From Podospora anserina (lineage: Eukaryota): a stretch of DNA of 64,000 bases. Below, piece after piece: positions 34,681-47,665 of this stretch. The translations under genes were made by a program, and so were the position numbers. Positions within the stretch are counted from its first letter, which is position 1, and each line of letters starts with the position of its first letter. The stretch is from assembly GCA_017654855.1 (NCBI GenBank), contig CM030332.1:1860001-1924000 (forward strand), read 5' to 3'. The notes beneath the pieces were generated by a model that made no database searches, was not told the origin of the DNA, and saw nothing but the letters and a program-made list of their open reading frames with translations.

Positions 34681-37600
34681 GAGAGGAACGATTTCGAAAG
34701 GTGATGTGAAGAATTTATGAGTAGTTTCTCTAGCGATCTGGGTGGCTGTTTTCTGGGTTTCGATCTGGTAGTCTTTTTTTCAGCGAGCTCCGGTGGTTTT
34801 ATATACCTTATGACGGCTGTGTATGAATCGTCGATTTTGAACCCTCATTGAGAATGGGAGAGCGCAGCTACGAATGATATCCCGGATGCTTGAAGACTTG
34901 CCTTTAGTTGGGCAATTTCGCAACTGACGTCGTCTGGGGCCAGATATTGGACCAGAGTGGAAGACGTGTGTCGGTTTCCAACACTTGCTCCTTCCTCAAC
35001 CTTGGATATGAACCACGGGTCACTCATCCTCTTACCCTCTACGTCACTCGGAGGTTAGCGTTCGCGGCGAGCGAGGACGTCGTTCTCGATGCCACGTTGC
35101 ACTTGTAGTTTTCACCATTATGACCTGAAAATATGGCATACCTTACCTACTGGAAGTATTAACCTGCCAAATCAAATCAGGTATTCCAATCTCAAGTTTG
35201 TTTGCCCTATGTTGATTATTCATCACTCAGCCACTTGCTCGCTCACTCACTCACTCGACTTATCTCATTCGTTCATTTCTCAACCTCACACCATATCATC
35301 TCACACATAAAACCCCAAGTGTACAAATTCTCACAACCTAAACTCACACTATCCTCATCCATGAGTCCCAACCTATCTCATATCTCGATCCCCATCTCGA
35401 TTGGCTACTCACCGACGTCACCGTCACACAACACGCCCCCATCCCCACGGCTCTACCTTCCACAATCTCGATAGCGCCCATCATCCGAAGCTTCTTGTGA
35501 AACATTTCTCGCACCGTTCCCAAAACGGAGCCACGGCAGTGGTAACTTGCATAGGTGACACTGACAGCTGTCACCCGACTTGGCTCAACATACCTACCGA
35601 GTCATCAACATGCAGAACCTTGACCCAACTATCTGGGGCAGTTGACAAAGTCCCCGACCCTCGCGAGGTAACAGTTCACAAAGAACAGTGAACCGCCAGA
35701 GCGGCCGAACAATGCATAATCCGGCGTTTGACTTACAAATAGGCGAATTTTTGAGGGGAGGAGTCGGACCGAGGCTATGATGAGGATGAGACTCGCAAAT
35801 GCCTGGTTCAAGACCTATGTGTCCTCAGCTAATGGAACTTCTTTGATACGTAGCTACTTAGAGACCTATATGGCGCTTCGTAGACATTCTCAGCTGAATG
35901 AGCATGATCATAAGGCTAGGTGTGGGTGTATGGAGCCCGGGGTGAGAAGCACAACATCCCCAAACATTCACACAGCAGCATGGCGGAGGATTGGAACCAC
36001 GTGTTTGTTTTTTATGGACGAGCCTTTTAATTTATGCAGGGCCCTCCTCCATAACACATCAACTAGGTAGTCAAGGTATGCTGTACCTCTGTGTCATAAA
36101 CTGCCGTGCGAGGCAAGAAGAGCAACGAGTGCTTCCGGACCTGCGTTAGTCAGCCTGACCCTGCGTGATGCAGCATGCAAGTTGATGACCTCAGATAAAC
36201 AAATTATTGACAGAGAAACCGCTGGGTATCCTCAACCCCGATGATCTTATGCCGTGCCGATGTGTAGTGAAGATATCGCATGGTACGGGTATCTGACCAA
36301 CAACACCCATGTGTTGTTCAAAACAGGGATCCAACATTACAGAGCTTTGGGTCATCTCATTATTGTTGGGTTGCGGCATGTGAAATACCCGATTCTCGCT
36401 TGCAAAAGTGAATCTCGGGTAAACCCATTACAAAAAACAAAAAGTCAACACAGCCCCGTTAGTAAGGCTTGACATTTCTGACCTAGCCATCTGTCAGGTC
36501 GTTGGCATCGGAGTCTGGGAGGCCAGGTCTCGTCTGGGGTGTCACGGAACAAGCTAATGCTGACGTAGGGGTCAAGTTGGTGGTGACGGGAGGACAACAA
36601 CCTCATGCGGTGTGATGAAGACACAGGAGAGAGGAGACCTCACACAACGAAGTTGAGCTCCCAAGCCTCCGCTGGTAGTATCTGGCGTCATTGGGGAAAC
36701 GCAGGACAAGTGACAAAAGAATTCTGAAACTCAGATTCCGAATATCACAAACACGCATCAGCCAACGAGAGCAGATAAAAAGAAATCCCGGTCTTTGGGT
36801 AGGGACTGTTGTGCTGTTCCACGCAGGGAGGCTATGGGCTTCGGCTCTTGGTGAAACCGCAACCATGTGTGCGCCCGCCCATTGTATATCCACCGAGACC
36901 GTGACGGGGCGGAAAAGGCGGGAAAGCTAGATAATTGCTCGCCAACAAGCACGCGGTCTCAAGCCACGCGCGCCCACCTACCTTACCTACCACTGCCGAT
37001 TCCGATTCCGATTCCGATGTCGATCCATGGGCGGGCGATACAGACGGATACCTTACCGGCGCAAAGGTCAATGACGTCCCCCAGCTTTCCCCCATCGCGT
37101 TTCAGCCTCCTTTGTCACATCAAGACGTCAGAGACTCGGATATCCCGTACCACCCCTCGACCCGAGAGAGAGGAACCGAACCGCTCCAAGACAGAACACC
37201 ACTTCCCCAGTTTCAGAAAAGAAGGAACCCACATTCCATGCAAAGCTGTGGTAACCACCATAGCAACAAACCCCGCCTACACCCGCCCGCGCGTGAGAGT
37301 GCGTGCGTATCTGGGATGTTGTGGGACGTGTCAACAAAGCTTCTGTCTGTCGAGTCCGAGGTGCGGAACGATCCGTTGTGCGACCCTTCTTCGAACCACC
37401 CTCCTTCCCCACAGTAAAGCCGGGAGTCGGGACGCCACATCAAGTTTATCGTGACCGATCCGATCATCTTGTTCCTTAATCCGACTTCGTCTCATGTCCG
37501 ACTCTCTGCTTGCGGAAGGGGTCGGGTAAAGGTCGCCGATCCACCCCCCGTTGTTCCAATAGCCAAGGCATCAAAAACAAGCAACACACAAAGTTCAACA

Positions 37601-37969
37601 AACAAAACACTACAATATATATTGCTGAGCCTATGATTCTAATCGAGAAAACAGAAAATAAAAACAAGTAGTGGTATCCAAACATGATTGATCGTAAACG
37701 TTTTTTTATCCAGACTACCTCGGGCCTCCTCAAGGGCTGAACCAAAGGGAGAAACAAAAGACCTGCCCAAGGACAAGTCATGCCAGATACAATGAACAGA
37801 AGAGTCCGTCCCAGACAGGAGACAGCCACACATACACAAGTAAACAAACAAACACACACACTCCCAATTCCCTATCAGGTGTTTGTGAATTTTTCCATGG
37901 CAATTCACACCGTCGGCCTTGTAGAAAGCGGATCCAAAAAAGATATCCTGGTCGTTCGTTACAAATCCT

Positions 37970-38926
37970 TTACATGCCCTTCTCGAGACCGCAGAGGACC
38001 TCGATGACGGTCGGGCCGGGCTTGATGTTGAGGCCAACGCCATCCTCAGCCTCCATCCCGCGAATGTAGGCGTTCTCGGCAGTTCCGTCGGGGTAGATGG
38101 ACGAATCAACACCGCCCTGGGACATGCGGCAGCCGGGGAAGTCCATGTTGTAAGCCTGGGCAACGAGGGAAGAGCAGTCGGCGCCGGACCACCCCTTGTT
38201 ACTAGTGTTCTCGAAGTCGAACTCGGCCCAGTTGCCGGCGTATTGGCCGTGGCTGGTGGTGGGGACAGAGTTTGGCGCGAAGGCGCAAACACCCTGTGTG
38301 TTGGAATCGGCAACAACAGACTTGGTCTCGCCGGGTTGGAGCTTGAAAACGAGCTGATTCTGACCCTCGACCTTGAAGGAGCCAGTCACACCGCCATCGG
38401 CACCGATCTTGTTGAAGCAAATGACCTCATAAGGGACCTTGCCGACGTTCTTGTAGTTCTGAACGTACTTGTAATGCTTGGAGGCCTTGGTGGAAACGAC
38501 CTGGAGGTTGGAGTTCCATGGGCAGCCGTTAGCAGTGCCGGTGTTACCGGTGTAATGAATCTGCTCCCAGGTGACACGCTTGGCCTTCCTCTTGCTGGAG
38601 CCGCAGAAGGGTTTGTAACCATCTTCCGAGTCAGAGTCGTTGCTGTCCTCGCTCTCCTCCTTAGCAGGGGCGGGAGCAGGAGCGGGCTGGGGCTTGGGCT
38701 TGGGCGAAGGAGAGGGCTCTACAGCTGCGATGGATGCCTTGGGAGGTTCGGGAGTGGGTTCAGGGGCCGTCTCAGTTGGCTCAGGGAGGGGCTTGTGAAC
38801 GGCCTTGAGGAAGGTGATACCGCCTTCGCGCTTCTCATGGATGCTGCGGTGGAGGTGGGCATGGCCGGAAGGGTGGGCAGTGGCGGTGAGCGCACCGGCG
38901 AGGAGCAGAAGGTGGGAAAGTTGCAT
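37970..38926 (-). CDS. Secreted Asp f 4 allergen-like protein
   Basis: Signal peptide plus HPSGHAHLH, Pro/Glu-rich linker, YTGNTG..CPWNSN, CFNKIGADGG, NTQGVCA, GNWAEFDF, WSGADCSSL. Confidence 0.85.
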   Translation of the reverse strand: MQLSHLLLLAGALTATAHPSGHAHLHRSIHEKREGGITFLKAVHKPLPEPTETAPEPTPEPPKASIAAVEPSPSPKPKPQPAPAPAPAKEESEDSNDSDSEDGYKPFCGSSKRKAKRVTWEQIHYTGNTGTANGCPWNSNLQVVSTKASKHYKYVQNYKNVGKVPYEVICFNKIGADGGVTGSFKVEGQNQLVFKLQPGETKSVVADSNTQGVCAFAPNSVPTTSHGQYAGNWAEFDFENTSNKGWSGADCSSLVAQAYNMDFPGCRMSQGGVDSSIYPDGTAENAYIRGMEAEDGVGLNIKPGPTVIEVLCGLEKGM

Positions 38927-40780
38927 CGTGAAAGGATCCGAAGGTCGTCAAAATATATAAACTTGGCCCAAAAATCCCGTCTATGTGAATCGTATATGGT
39001 CGTTGAATCGATGCGCTGCCGTTGATTTGATGCTCTGAGTAACAATGTTTTGCAATTGATGCTTGGTGTCCAAAGAAGGGAGCGTGGTGAAAAAGGTGAA
39101 GATATCGTTGCTATGGGGAGCAGCGGAGAGGCGTTCGTGCTTTTATCAAAAGAATGTCGCGAGATACAAGATCTCTGTAATGAGTGGATGGAAGCGCGAA
39201 AGGCGATGTTCGGCGAACAAAGAGGTTGGAGAGAGGGAAAAACGAAAAAGGAGAGACAAATACTTGAATGGGCGTGCGGCCAACGGGGGAGCAGGGTGTG
39301 CAGGGGTGCCGAAATGAGCCTGGATGTTTCTGCCGCTGGCCAACCCTTGGCTCCAAGACCGACGATCCGCTGGCGTTTTGACGTGAGTGGTCGGACGGAC
39401 CCCGTAATCAAACAAGGTTCACGCAGGTCCCAACTGCTTCCTATTGGTCGAACGAGGCCATGCTTTTCTTCCATCTCGACAGAACTCGCGAAGTGCTCAT
39501 GGAAGCGGACTCTTGAACGTGTCATCTGTGGACCCGTGCCACGCAATGCATCAGCGCATCTGGGATGCAGGTACTGCGGCTTTTCTTGTTTTTTGTCATC
39601 AAACTCTTCCTGCTCTCGAGTCAACACCACGGCATATCGAGTGTCACACCCACAAGCGACAAGCGATCTCCACCGAACACAGGGGGAGCACAGCGGCCAA
39701 GAGATGCAAAGCGGAACTACTGGCCGTGCCCTGCTTCTGGACCTGCTGGTCTGGGCCAACTTGGGTCCAGAATCGAGATGAATTGGCACTGCGTCCAGCG
39801 GAGTCACTAACATAATCCGCAATGCGGACCAGCATGCTGTGTTAAGCGCTCTCTTGGCCTTTAAAGCGTTTGATTGCAGCGTAGCGCGCCCTGGCAGCAC
39901 AAGACGGGCCTACCCCAGGTCATTGTGCTCTGTTTCATCAAAACGCTGAAGGGAACGTTTGCAGAGGACTTCGACACCGTTTTTTTATGTTTCCACTGGC
40001 GCGTGATCCGATATCTTGTGTGACGTTCGATCATGTTTCTTTCTGGCGGTTCGATATGCGGACCTCCTCACCAACCAAGCTGACCTCCCTCTTTTATTCT
40101 TGGACCAAGTGGGTGGCCATCGTCCAGAGCTGTGCCGCCGGGTGGCTTCCATATGCGAGAACCCAATTGAGCAGCCACTTTTCCATGTGTGAAACATCCA
40201 ATCTTTGGTTCGAGAAAGAAGAGATTGTCGTCTGATGAGATTAGCATATCTACCAGCGCAGTTGGCCAAGTTAACGTTTGTGTCCCCAGCACAGCAGACT
40301 TCTGCCATGATAACAAAACATTTCTAATCGTCAAACTGTCAAACGTGATATCGAACATGTCTTGATCCAACCTGTGATGTTGGCTGTCACTGACAGCTCA
40401 CGTGCCCCACAGCGACAGAAGCGCAAAAGTGGTCCAAGCTTTCTGTGCCCCGCGACAGACAGACGACGGCAAAGCTAGCTTGTGGATATTTTCTGATATC
40501 CCAAATTTGGCTTGCCCATCAAAATCGACGACAGCGACAATAGGAGCCCTCCTGTTGAAACTACGATACTCTGTCAAATCGATCATCGTGACCTCGATAT
40601 TCGAACACAACAGGATCACAAATACCAACGGTCCAAAACCCTGATTAAGGCCGTCAAACCCACCCAGCCGACAACCATCCCCCCAAAGGCCATAAGCAAC
40701 TTCGGCGCAGCAGAATATCCCCCCAGTTCGAACAAAAGAGGGGAAACCCCTAAACCGACCCCTCCACAAAACCCCCCATC

Positions 40781-41678
40781 ATGCCGCTCGACACATCAAC
40801 CTACGGCCTCGCCCTCCTTCGCGTCGACGGACGGAGGTGGAACGAGCTCCGTCGCATCCACGGCCAAATCCGCACCCAAGCCGCAGCCGATGGCTCCTCC
40901 TACCTCGAAATGGGCCACACAAAAGTCATGTGCGTCGTCACCGGCCCTAGCGAGCCCGGTCCGCGCCGTGGAGGAGCAGCAGGGGGAGCCAGCGGCGGCG
41001 CTGGATCGGGCGGGCAGTCCAAAGACGCAGAGGTCGTGGTCAACATCGTCATTGCTGGGTTCAGTTCGGTAGATAGGAAAAGAAGGGGGAGGGGTGACAA
41101 GTAAAGCCCTCTGCTATACACCATACCCCTTGGCGGCTCACAGTTATGCTAACAAAAAACATAGGCGCACCCTAGAAATGCAATTCACCCTCTCCAACAC
41201 CCTCGCCGCGACCCTCCACACCCACCTCTTCCCCCACTCCCAAATCAACATCTCCCTCCACGTCCTCTCCCAGGACGGCTCCCTCCTCGCAGCCCTCATC
41301 AACGCCGCCACGTTGGCGTGTGTGGACGCCGGTATCCCCATGACAGACTACGTGACCGCCTGCACGGCCGGTTCAACCTCAACCTACGCCGCCAACGACG
41401 AGGGCGCCGACCCGTTGCTCGATCTTAACCACCAGGAAGAGCAAGAACTACCCGGGCTGACAGTAGCCACCCTTGGTGAAAGCGACAAGGTCGTGGCGTT
41501 GGTGTGCGAGAGCAGAGTGCAGATCAGCCGGTTGGAGGGCATGCTGGCTGTGGGAGTGGACGGGTGTAAGCAAGTGAGAGAGATTCTGGATCAGGTTATC
41601 AAAGCGCAGGGGCGAAAGATGATCTTGGAGGGGACGGTAGACAAGGGGACAGGACTCAATGATATGGATTTGGATTAA
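40781..41678 (+). CDS. RRP41: Exosome core RNase PH-like subunit Rrp41/Ski6
   Basis: LRVDGRRWNELR, ADGSSYLEMGHTKVMCVVTGP, HVLSQDGSLLAALINAATLACVDAGIPM. Intron 41101-41164. Confidence 0.93.
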
Positions 41679-42016
41679 GGCAGCATTGTCCCGTTGTCAT
41701 ATTGTATGTGTATCAGTGTGTTTGGTTGGAATGGCGTTTCGAGATAGGGTTTTATCCATCGGCCGGCGTTTTTGTCAGGAACTTTAACGATAACAGACAT
41801 GGGAGCAAGGCAATGATTCAAAGGTGAGAAGAAGCCGGGTTCGTTTTGCTCTCATCAAAGTTCATTAATTCTCGTGGCCTGGAATTGGCCACCTACTTTT
41901 TGTGTTGCTGTGCTGTGTTGCCTCGGTCAAAGAATGCGCCAAACAAAACTCCCGTTACTGACCACCGGACAACAGAGAGATAGAATACAACAAACTTTTG
42001 GTTTCCCTCCAAAATA

Positions 42017-43653
42017 TCAAAGCTCGTCATGCTCTGCGGCAGGCCTGGCCCCGCACTGCTCGGCAGCACCAGTCTGGCACTCTGGTTCGGGATCCGTGGC
42101 CTCGGTCGCGGAGGACTCGGGTGGAACTCGAGTGGCGTTCTCTTCGGGAGTCAGAGGAGTGGGTTCCTCGCTGGTGGCGGCCTCAGTCGCGTCGGGGGTG
42201 TCCGCAGCAGTCGGGTCCGCCTCGGGCTCCGGAGTAGCCGGTGTGGGCTGCTCCACCGAGATGGCCACAATGCCCTCGGGAAGCTTCTTCTTGGAACCCT
42301 CGCCCATACGAATGGCGTCGATCCAGCTCTCCACCGTGGTGTGCGCAAAGTCGGCACCCTCAAAGTGGCGCCACCAGCCCCTGCGGGCGTTGATGGCGAT
42401 GATCTCCACCTCGTTGGTGAGATCGAGGGCCTTGAGGAGAGGGGCGGCGCCGTTGATGCTGGTGGGTACCTCGTAGAAGGGGAAGAGGTTGCGCTTGCCT
42501 TGGGCGTATTTGAAGGAGAGTTGGGCCAGGCTGTCGAGTGCCTTCTTGGCCAAGTCGCTTTCGCTGTTGGAGACAAAGGCAAGGACGCAAGTGTGAGACT
42601 TTTCGGTCAGGCACTCTTTGATCAGCTTCTCCTGGGAGTTGATGGTGGGAATGGGCAAGGCCTTCTCGATGATGACGGGGGCTTCTTGTGTTGGAACCTC
42701 GGGCTCGGATTCGGCTGTGGATGACGACTCGGATGAATCGGCCTTCTTCTCGGCCTTCTTCTCGGTCTTCTTCTCAGTCTTCTTCTCAGATTTCTTTTCC
42801 TTCTTTGCAGCCTTGGGCTTAGCAGGCGCTGGGTCAGGGTTGGGCGCTCCGGCTTGCGAGAGGAATGTGACCAAAGCCTCCTTCTTGAGCTCTCCGTCGT
42901 AGGTTACCGCCGGGGCATCTCCGCCCGGCAGAAGGATAAGGGTGGGATACTTGGTGATGCCGAACTTCTCCACGGCCTTGGCCTGAGTATTCCGCACCTG
43001 TCCGACTGTGATCACGTCGAGGAAGTCAATGGCAATGCTCTTGAGCAAGGAGGATGTAGTCCCCTTGTCAGTAAAGAGAAGAGCCTTTGGGGCGTCCTTC
43101 TCGTCATCCAAGAACTTATCCAGGGTCTTGTCCTCAACCTTGACAACGTGGTTGTTCATGGCTTGCACCACAGCCTCGACAATACCGCTTGCTGTTCTTT
43201 GGCCATTGTAGTCTTGCACCATCGGCTTGCCACCTCCCTTCTTTGGCCTGACAATCTTGAGCGTTGGGAAGCCCTGCACGCCCATCTGACCGCAGAATTG
43301 CTTGTTGGCATCATCATCGCAGTCCACCGCGGCTACCTTGGCGATCCCAGCCAGGTTCTTGGCAGCCTTTTCGTAGGCTGGCTGAAGGTTCTTGCAGTGG
43401 CCGCACCATGGGGCATAGAATTCGACAATCTTGAGCGGAGGAGGTTAGCTGGAGAAAGCTCCAAGTGTTTGTCTGCCAAGCTACAAGGTTCAATATCACT
43501 TACAGAGGTATGGTTGCTCTTCGCAATCAGTCTGTCATAGCTCTTCGCATCCACCTGCAAGACAGGAGACTTCTTGGAGTAGAGACCAGCCTGAGCTCCT
43601 GGAAGCGCAGACAGCAGGGCAACTGCCACGGCACAGAGTGTGGGGTGATGCAT
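42017..43653 (-). CDS. MPD1: ER protein disulfide isomerase-related protein (Mpd1/PrpA type)
   Basis: Signal peptide, single thioredoxin site [20 protein letters not shown]-terminal HDEL. Intron 43503-43430. Confidence 0.9.
42740..42799. repeat. Coding 12-bp tandem repeat, 5 imperfect copies (EKKx)
   Basis: ggccttcttctc x2, ggtcttcttctc, agtcttcttctc, agatttcttttc; encodes [20 protein letters not shown] in the PDI linker. Confidence 0.85.
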
Positions 43654-44283
43654 GATGCCTGCTCTACCACGGCGGCTTGCTTGTTGCGGGTGTTCTGCTC
43701 GTGTGGATAGCGAGAGTGGAAGATGGATGGGCTAATAGACGTAGTATAAATATAGAAGGTGTGGAGTTTGTTATCAAGTGGACACAAAGGAGAAGCAAGA
43801 GAAGACACTGGGCGGCAAAGAAGAAAAGAGAGCTAGTTCACCAGCCTTGCTCCCTGGGATGTCTTCACTGGGCATATATGATCAGATGATACACAGGACG
43901 AAGGTGAGCTCACTGCCTAAATAAAAGCTGGCATCTTTCCATGTTTAGCAAAAGAACACATTTCCAATGCTGTGACGCCGGTGCCACCTGCGATTGATGG
44001 AGAATCGACCAGAAGCAAGAGCTTGGACCATCTCGTGGCTTTAGCTCCCTGCCCATGTGCCCCTCGGCCTGGACAGCGGAATGTGGGGTAGACTTGGCAG
44101 CCAGGTGCTCCAACATCGAGGAGCAACTGGCGCTGGAGCTGACGACTTCCAACCAGGCAGACAGATCTAGGAGCGACAAACAGGATTAGGGATATTGCTA
44201 GATATTTTCTCATTGCCATACTCTCAGTCAACAACTTCTCTGCCTCACGTTTGCGATAGTGCCTACCTGCCTACCTACCCACG

Positions 44284-45624
44284 ATGGACGCTATCCCCGC
44301 GGCCATCAAACAGGCCGATATCAACCTCTGGAAATGCGCCGCCAAAGCTGTGCAGCTCCAAAATGTGAAGCCCATCATCGCGTACTGGTGTGAATACTGG
44401 GTGGTCAGACAAATTCTGGCGAAACAACTGCATCTTGCCGATGAAGAGACTCTCAACTATACAACCACCTTGATGGACAAGCTGGAAGAGGTGCGTGCCG
44501 ACGTCCTGCCAGCAATCTATAAACCCTGCGCTAACGTTGATGTTTCATGACAGACTAAGCAGGAATATGCCCACGAGGAAGCGATCATGGACGATGCCGC
44601 CAGCCAAGCCTATGTCGAACAATTCGCCCAAGAGACCCTCGACCGTGCCGAGAGAGTGGTCAAGGCCAACAAAGTTACCCAACAAACAGCGACGACGTTT
44701 GACGCAGCTGCTACCTTCTTTCACCTTGTTAATATCTGGGGGACTCCGGATGCAGAAACACAGCAAAAGATCAAATATGCCAAGTGGAACGCCGCGCGGA
44801 TTGTCAAGGCGATCAAGGATGGCAAGGACCCAAATGAGTCCAACCCAAAGCTGGAGGAACTCGAACAACCCGCTCCCCCACCCTTGGACCACAATGATCC
44901 GGAAGTTCAGGGTCTGACGGACACGCCATACGGCGCCGGGCCAAGATCAGTGACAGTGGAGGATGTTCCCGACGTGGATCTGCGTAGAGATGCTGCCGGC
45001 GTATCGTTACCGCAGAGCCCTGTTTCTGCCGGACCACCATCAGCGTGGGGGGATGAGCTCAAGTTACCAGGAGTGCCAACACAGCTCAATGATCCTGCGC
45101 CCAGATCGCCTTCTATTCCGTCACCAATCTCTCCACCGTCGCATAATCCAGCCAACTACCAAGGAGCCCCTGATCTCCCATCACCAGTTACCGGACCGAC
45201 TTGGACGCAGTCGCAGCCTAGTCCATTGGACACGCCTCCTCCCGTATCATGGTCACAACCCCCGACTCAACCACCTCCCACCACCGGGTGGACGCCATCT
45301 CCTGCGGCTCAACAACAGCCCTACGCCCCACCATCAGCGCCTCCAACCTTTGCTATGAACAACCCGTCGACAGCTGCAGTGGCTTCCCCGCCCGTCAGCC
45401 CTCCTACGAATCCTTATTACATGAACATGACACCAACAGCTCATACCACACATCCACCTGCGCCCGCCGCGTACGCACCTGCTCAAAGTGGCCTCGTGGA
45501 CGAAGCTGCCATGGTTGGGGCTCAAAAGCATGCCAAATGGGCTATATCTGCGCTGAACTTTGAGGATGTGCCTACAGCGGTGAAAGAGCTGCGGAGGGCA
45601 TTGGAGCTTCTTGGTGCGACATAG
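44284..45624 (+). CDS. VTA1: Vacuolar protein sorting factor Vta1 (Vps4 activator)
   Basis: N-terminal KPIIAYWCEYW, KIKYAKWNAARI, Pro-rich linker, C-terminal VSL AQKHAKWAISALNFEDV. Intron 44491-44553. Confidence 0.93.
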
Positions 45625-47665
45625 CTGGATTGTGATACCATTGATAATAATGATTATATGCAACTAATGCATCACCCCCGTCAACTACGTCTACATGTGG
45701 ATTTCCTTGGGAGGCCTTGGCGCCCGAGCCGGCGTTCAGCGTTTGTAATATGAACTTGTCTTGCGAGCGGTTCTTCTCGAAACCAGACTGTCGGATCCTG
45801 AGGCAGTGCCTTGCTGCATGTCTCTGACAAGGGCGAAGGCTAGAACCGGAGGGGTGGCCAGCAGTTCGTTGCGAGCCACAGAGGTGTCACAAGCGCCATC
45901 TGGTGTAACGAGTGCAACAGACCGCGAGCGCACAGCAGACGCAGGCAGTGTATGAAGTTGACAAGCTGGCTCCATACGAGCCCCATGACATGACTTTTGA
46001 CAGGGCCTGCTCCGGCAGGCTAGAGCGAGGAGATGCAAAACATCATGTCTGTGGTTCTGCATGTCTATCAGTCGTTTCTGCATTGGACTGACACTTGACA
46101 ACCTTGCGAGAAGGTTGGTGCAGGTCTGGGGTCTCTGAGTGGTTCGGTCCGAATTGCCTTGTTTATTTCAAGCAGGTGGCAGGTTGTAGCTAGGAGATGG
46201 CTCAGTTACTGGGCGTGTGTCTTGCTGGGGAAGACTTTGTTTGCAATGTAGCGAGTTCAGAGGAATTGTATAAATGCATCAACGAATCGCGTGTTTCCCA
46301 TTGCCTGTTTGCCTCGGTGACGCCCAGACAATGACCACACGAGTCAACGAAAACCGACCTCACACCGAAAGCTCAGGCGGGAATTGATTGAAGCTCGCAA
46401 CTGCAGCTCCTTCTCCGTCGTACATACGACTCATTCGTTTATCGTCTTCGCTCTTCTTCTTCGTTTCTGTCATTCTTACAATATCATCTTACTTCCTATT
46501 GTTTCTGCGACTTGCAGTCGAGGTTACAGCTTCACTCACTTCCGCCCCCGAATTACAAGTACAGGTTCGGTGAACAGCTGGCGGTGGTTTGGGGTCGGTA
46601 TCTGGCCTGCCTTGGTCGCGCGGTGTGCCTTGCGTAACTACACACCCTGTAGTAGGTAGAGTGCCTCGCCGCTTGGACGCTTCACTTTTGTACGGCACCC
46701 TGTGATCGACATTGGGCACAACTAGGTGGATGAAGAATCGAGTAGTTTCAGCTGCTGTGATATAAGTCTACCTTGCTACTGCGTTCGTATCTACGACTCA
46801 AAAGCATAACCCACCTGTCATTCTTTCTACGGTACGCCACTATCTGTGCTCGCCTGTACAAAGAGAAGCTAACAATCCGGCTTATATAGATTCACAAAGG
46901 AAGTCGACCGCCAACAATCAAAGATGGATAACGGCGACAGCACCTGCAACAGCAACTACACGTTCAGCAGCAGCAGTGGGTGCTTGTCTTCATCTACAAC
47001 CTCCACCAGCTCTTCAACCGACTGGAGGCCACGGGTTTATACCCCTTTGCCACATGTACATGTGCCAGTGGCAACTATTTCAACCACGAGATGCGCAAGC
47101 CAACGTTGAAACTGATGGACTTGGCCATGGCACTGGGTCTGGGATTTTGAGGAGGTTTTGTTGGATGACCTAGACTTTCAAGATGCTCGTTTGAAAAGTC
47201 AACACATGCCGGTTTTTGAAACCAACAGAAGAATCAGATCAGTCAAATCGATTAGAGAGTAACACCGTACAAGCCTGATATGCAACCGAAACGCTCTTTC
47301 CTTCAGTGACATGCAGCAGGGCCACGCCCCTTCCCTGAGGATTGATGTCATCACGTCTCGGGACTGGTCGTTTGAGGTTTAGGTTCTGCATCCAGGGCAA
47401 GAATTTTACTATCAATGCTACTGTTCTGATTGATTTGCTAAAGTTGCTGTTTCCAGAACTCGCCTCTGACTTTGTGGCACAAGGGTGTCTGGCAAATGGT
47501 GTTTTTGATGTGTTTTCTTCTACCGATTTCTTCGCTCATTTCCAAGATATAAATTCGTTTTCTTTCACGATTTTCAACACGACTCAACATATCATATTTC
47601 CTTTTGGCTTGACGCCCATCACCTATTTCTCATTGATTCTCGATTTTGCTAGATCAACATACATC

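Noticed and set aside
34900-36700. Possible relic gene (ATG near 35361, intron-like 36076-36173)
   Set aside because: Frames are short and interrupted with no recognisable protein similarity; too weak to call.
36867-37454. Overlapping 195-aa and 160-aa (+) ORFs containing a short (CCGATT)n run
   Set aside because: Low complexity with no motif and no way to choose a frame; a real orphan gene cannot be excluded but is unsupported.
38719-39900. 393-aa (-) ORF and overlapping 243-aa (+) ORF at 39050-39781
   Set aside because: No recognisable motif and Arg/Ser/Cys-rich composition. The minus ORF starts at a non-ATG codon and overlaps the Asp f 4-like gene out of frame, so it is most likely upstream regulatory DNA.
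47342-47665. 108-codon upstream extension of the AA11 ORF in the ORF track
   Set aside because: T-rich non-coding-like sequence. An LPMO needs the signal peptide at the N-terminus, which fits ATG 47666.
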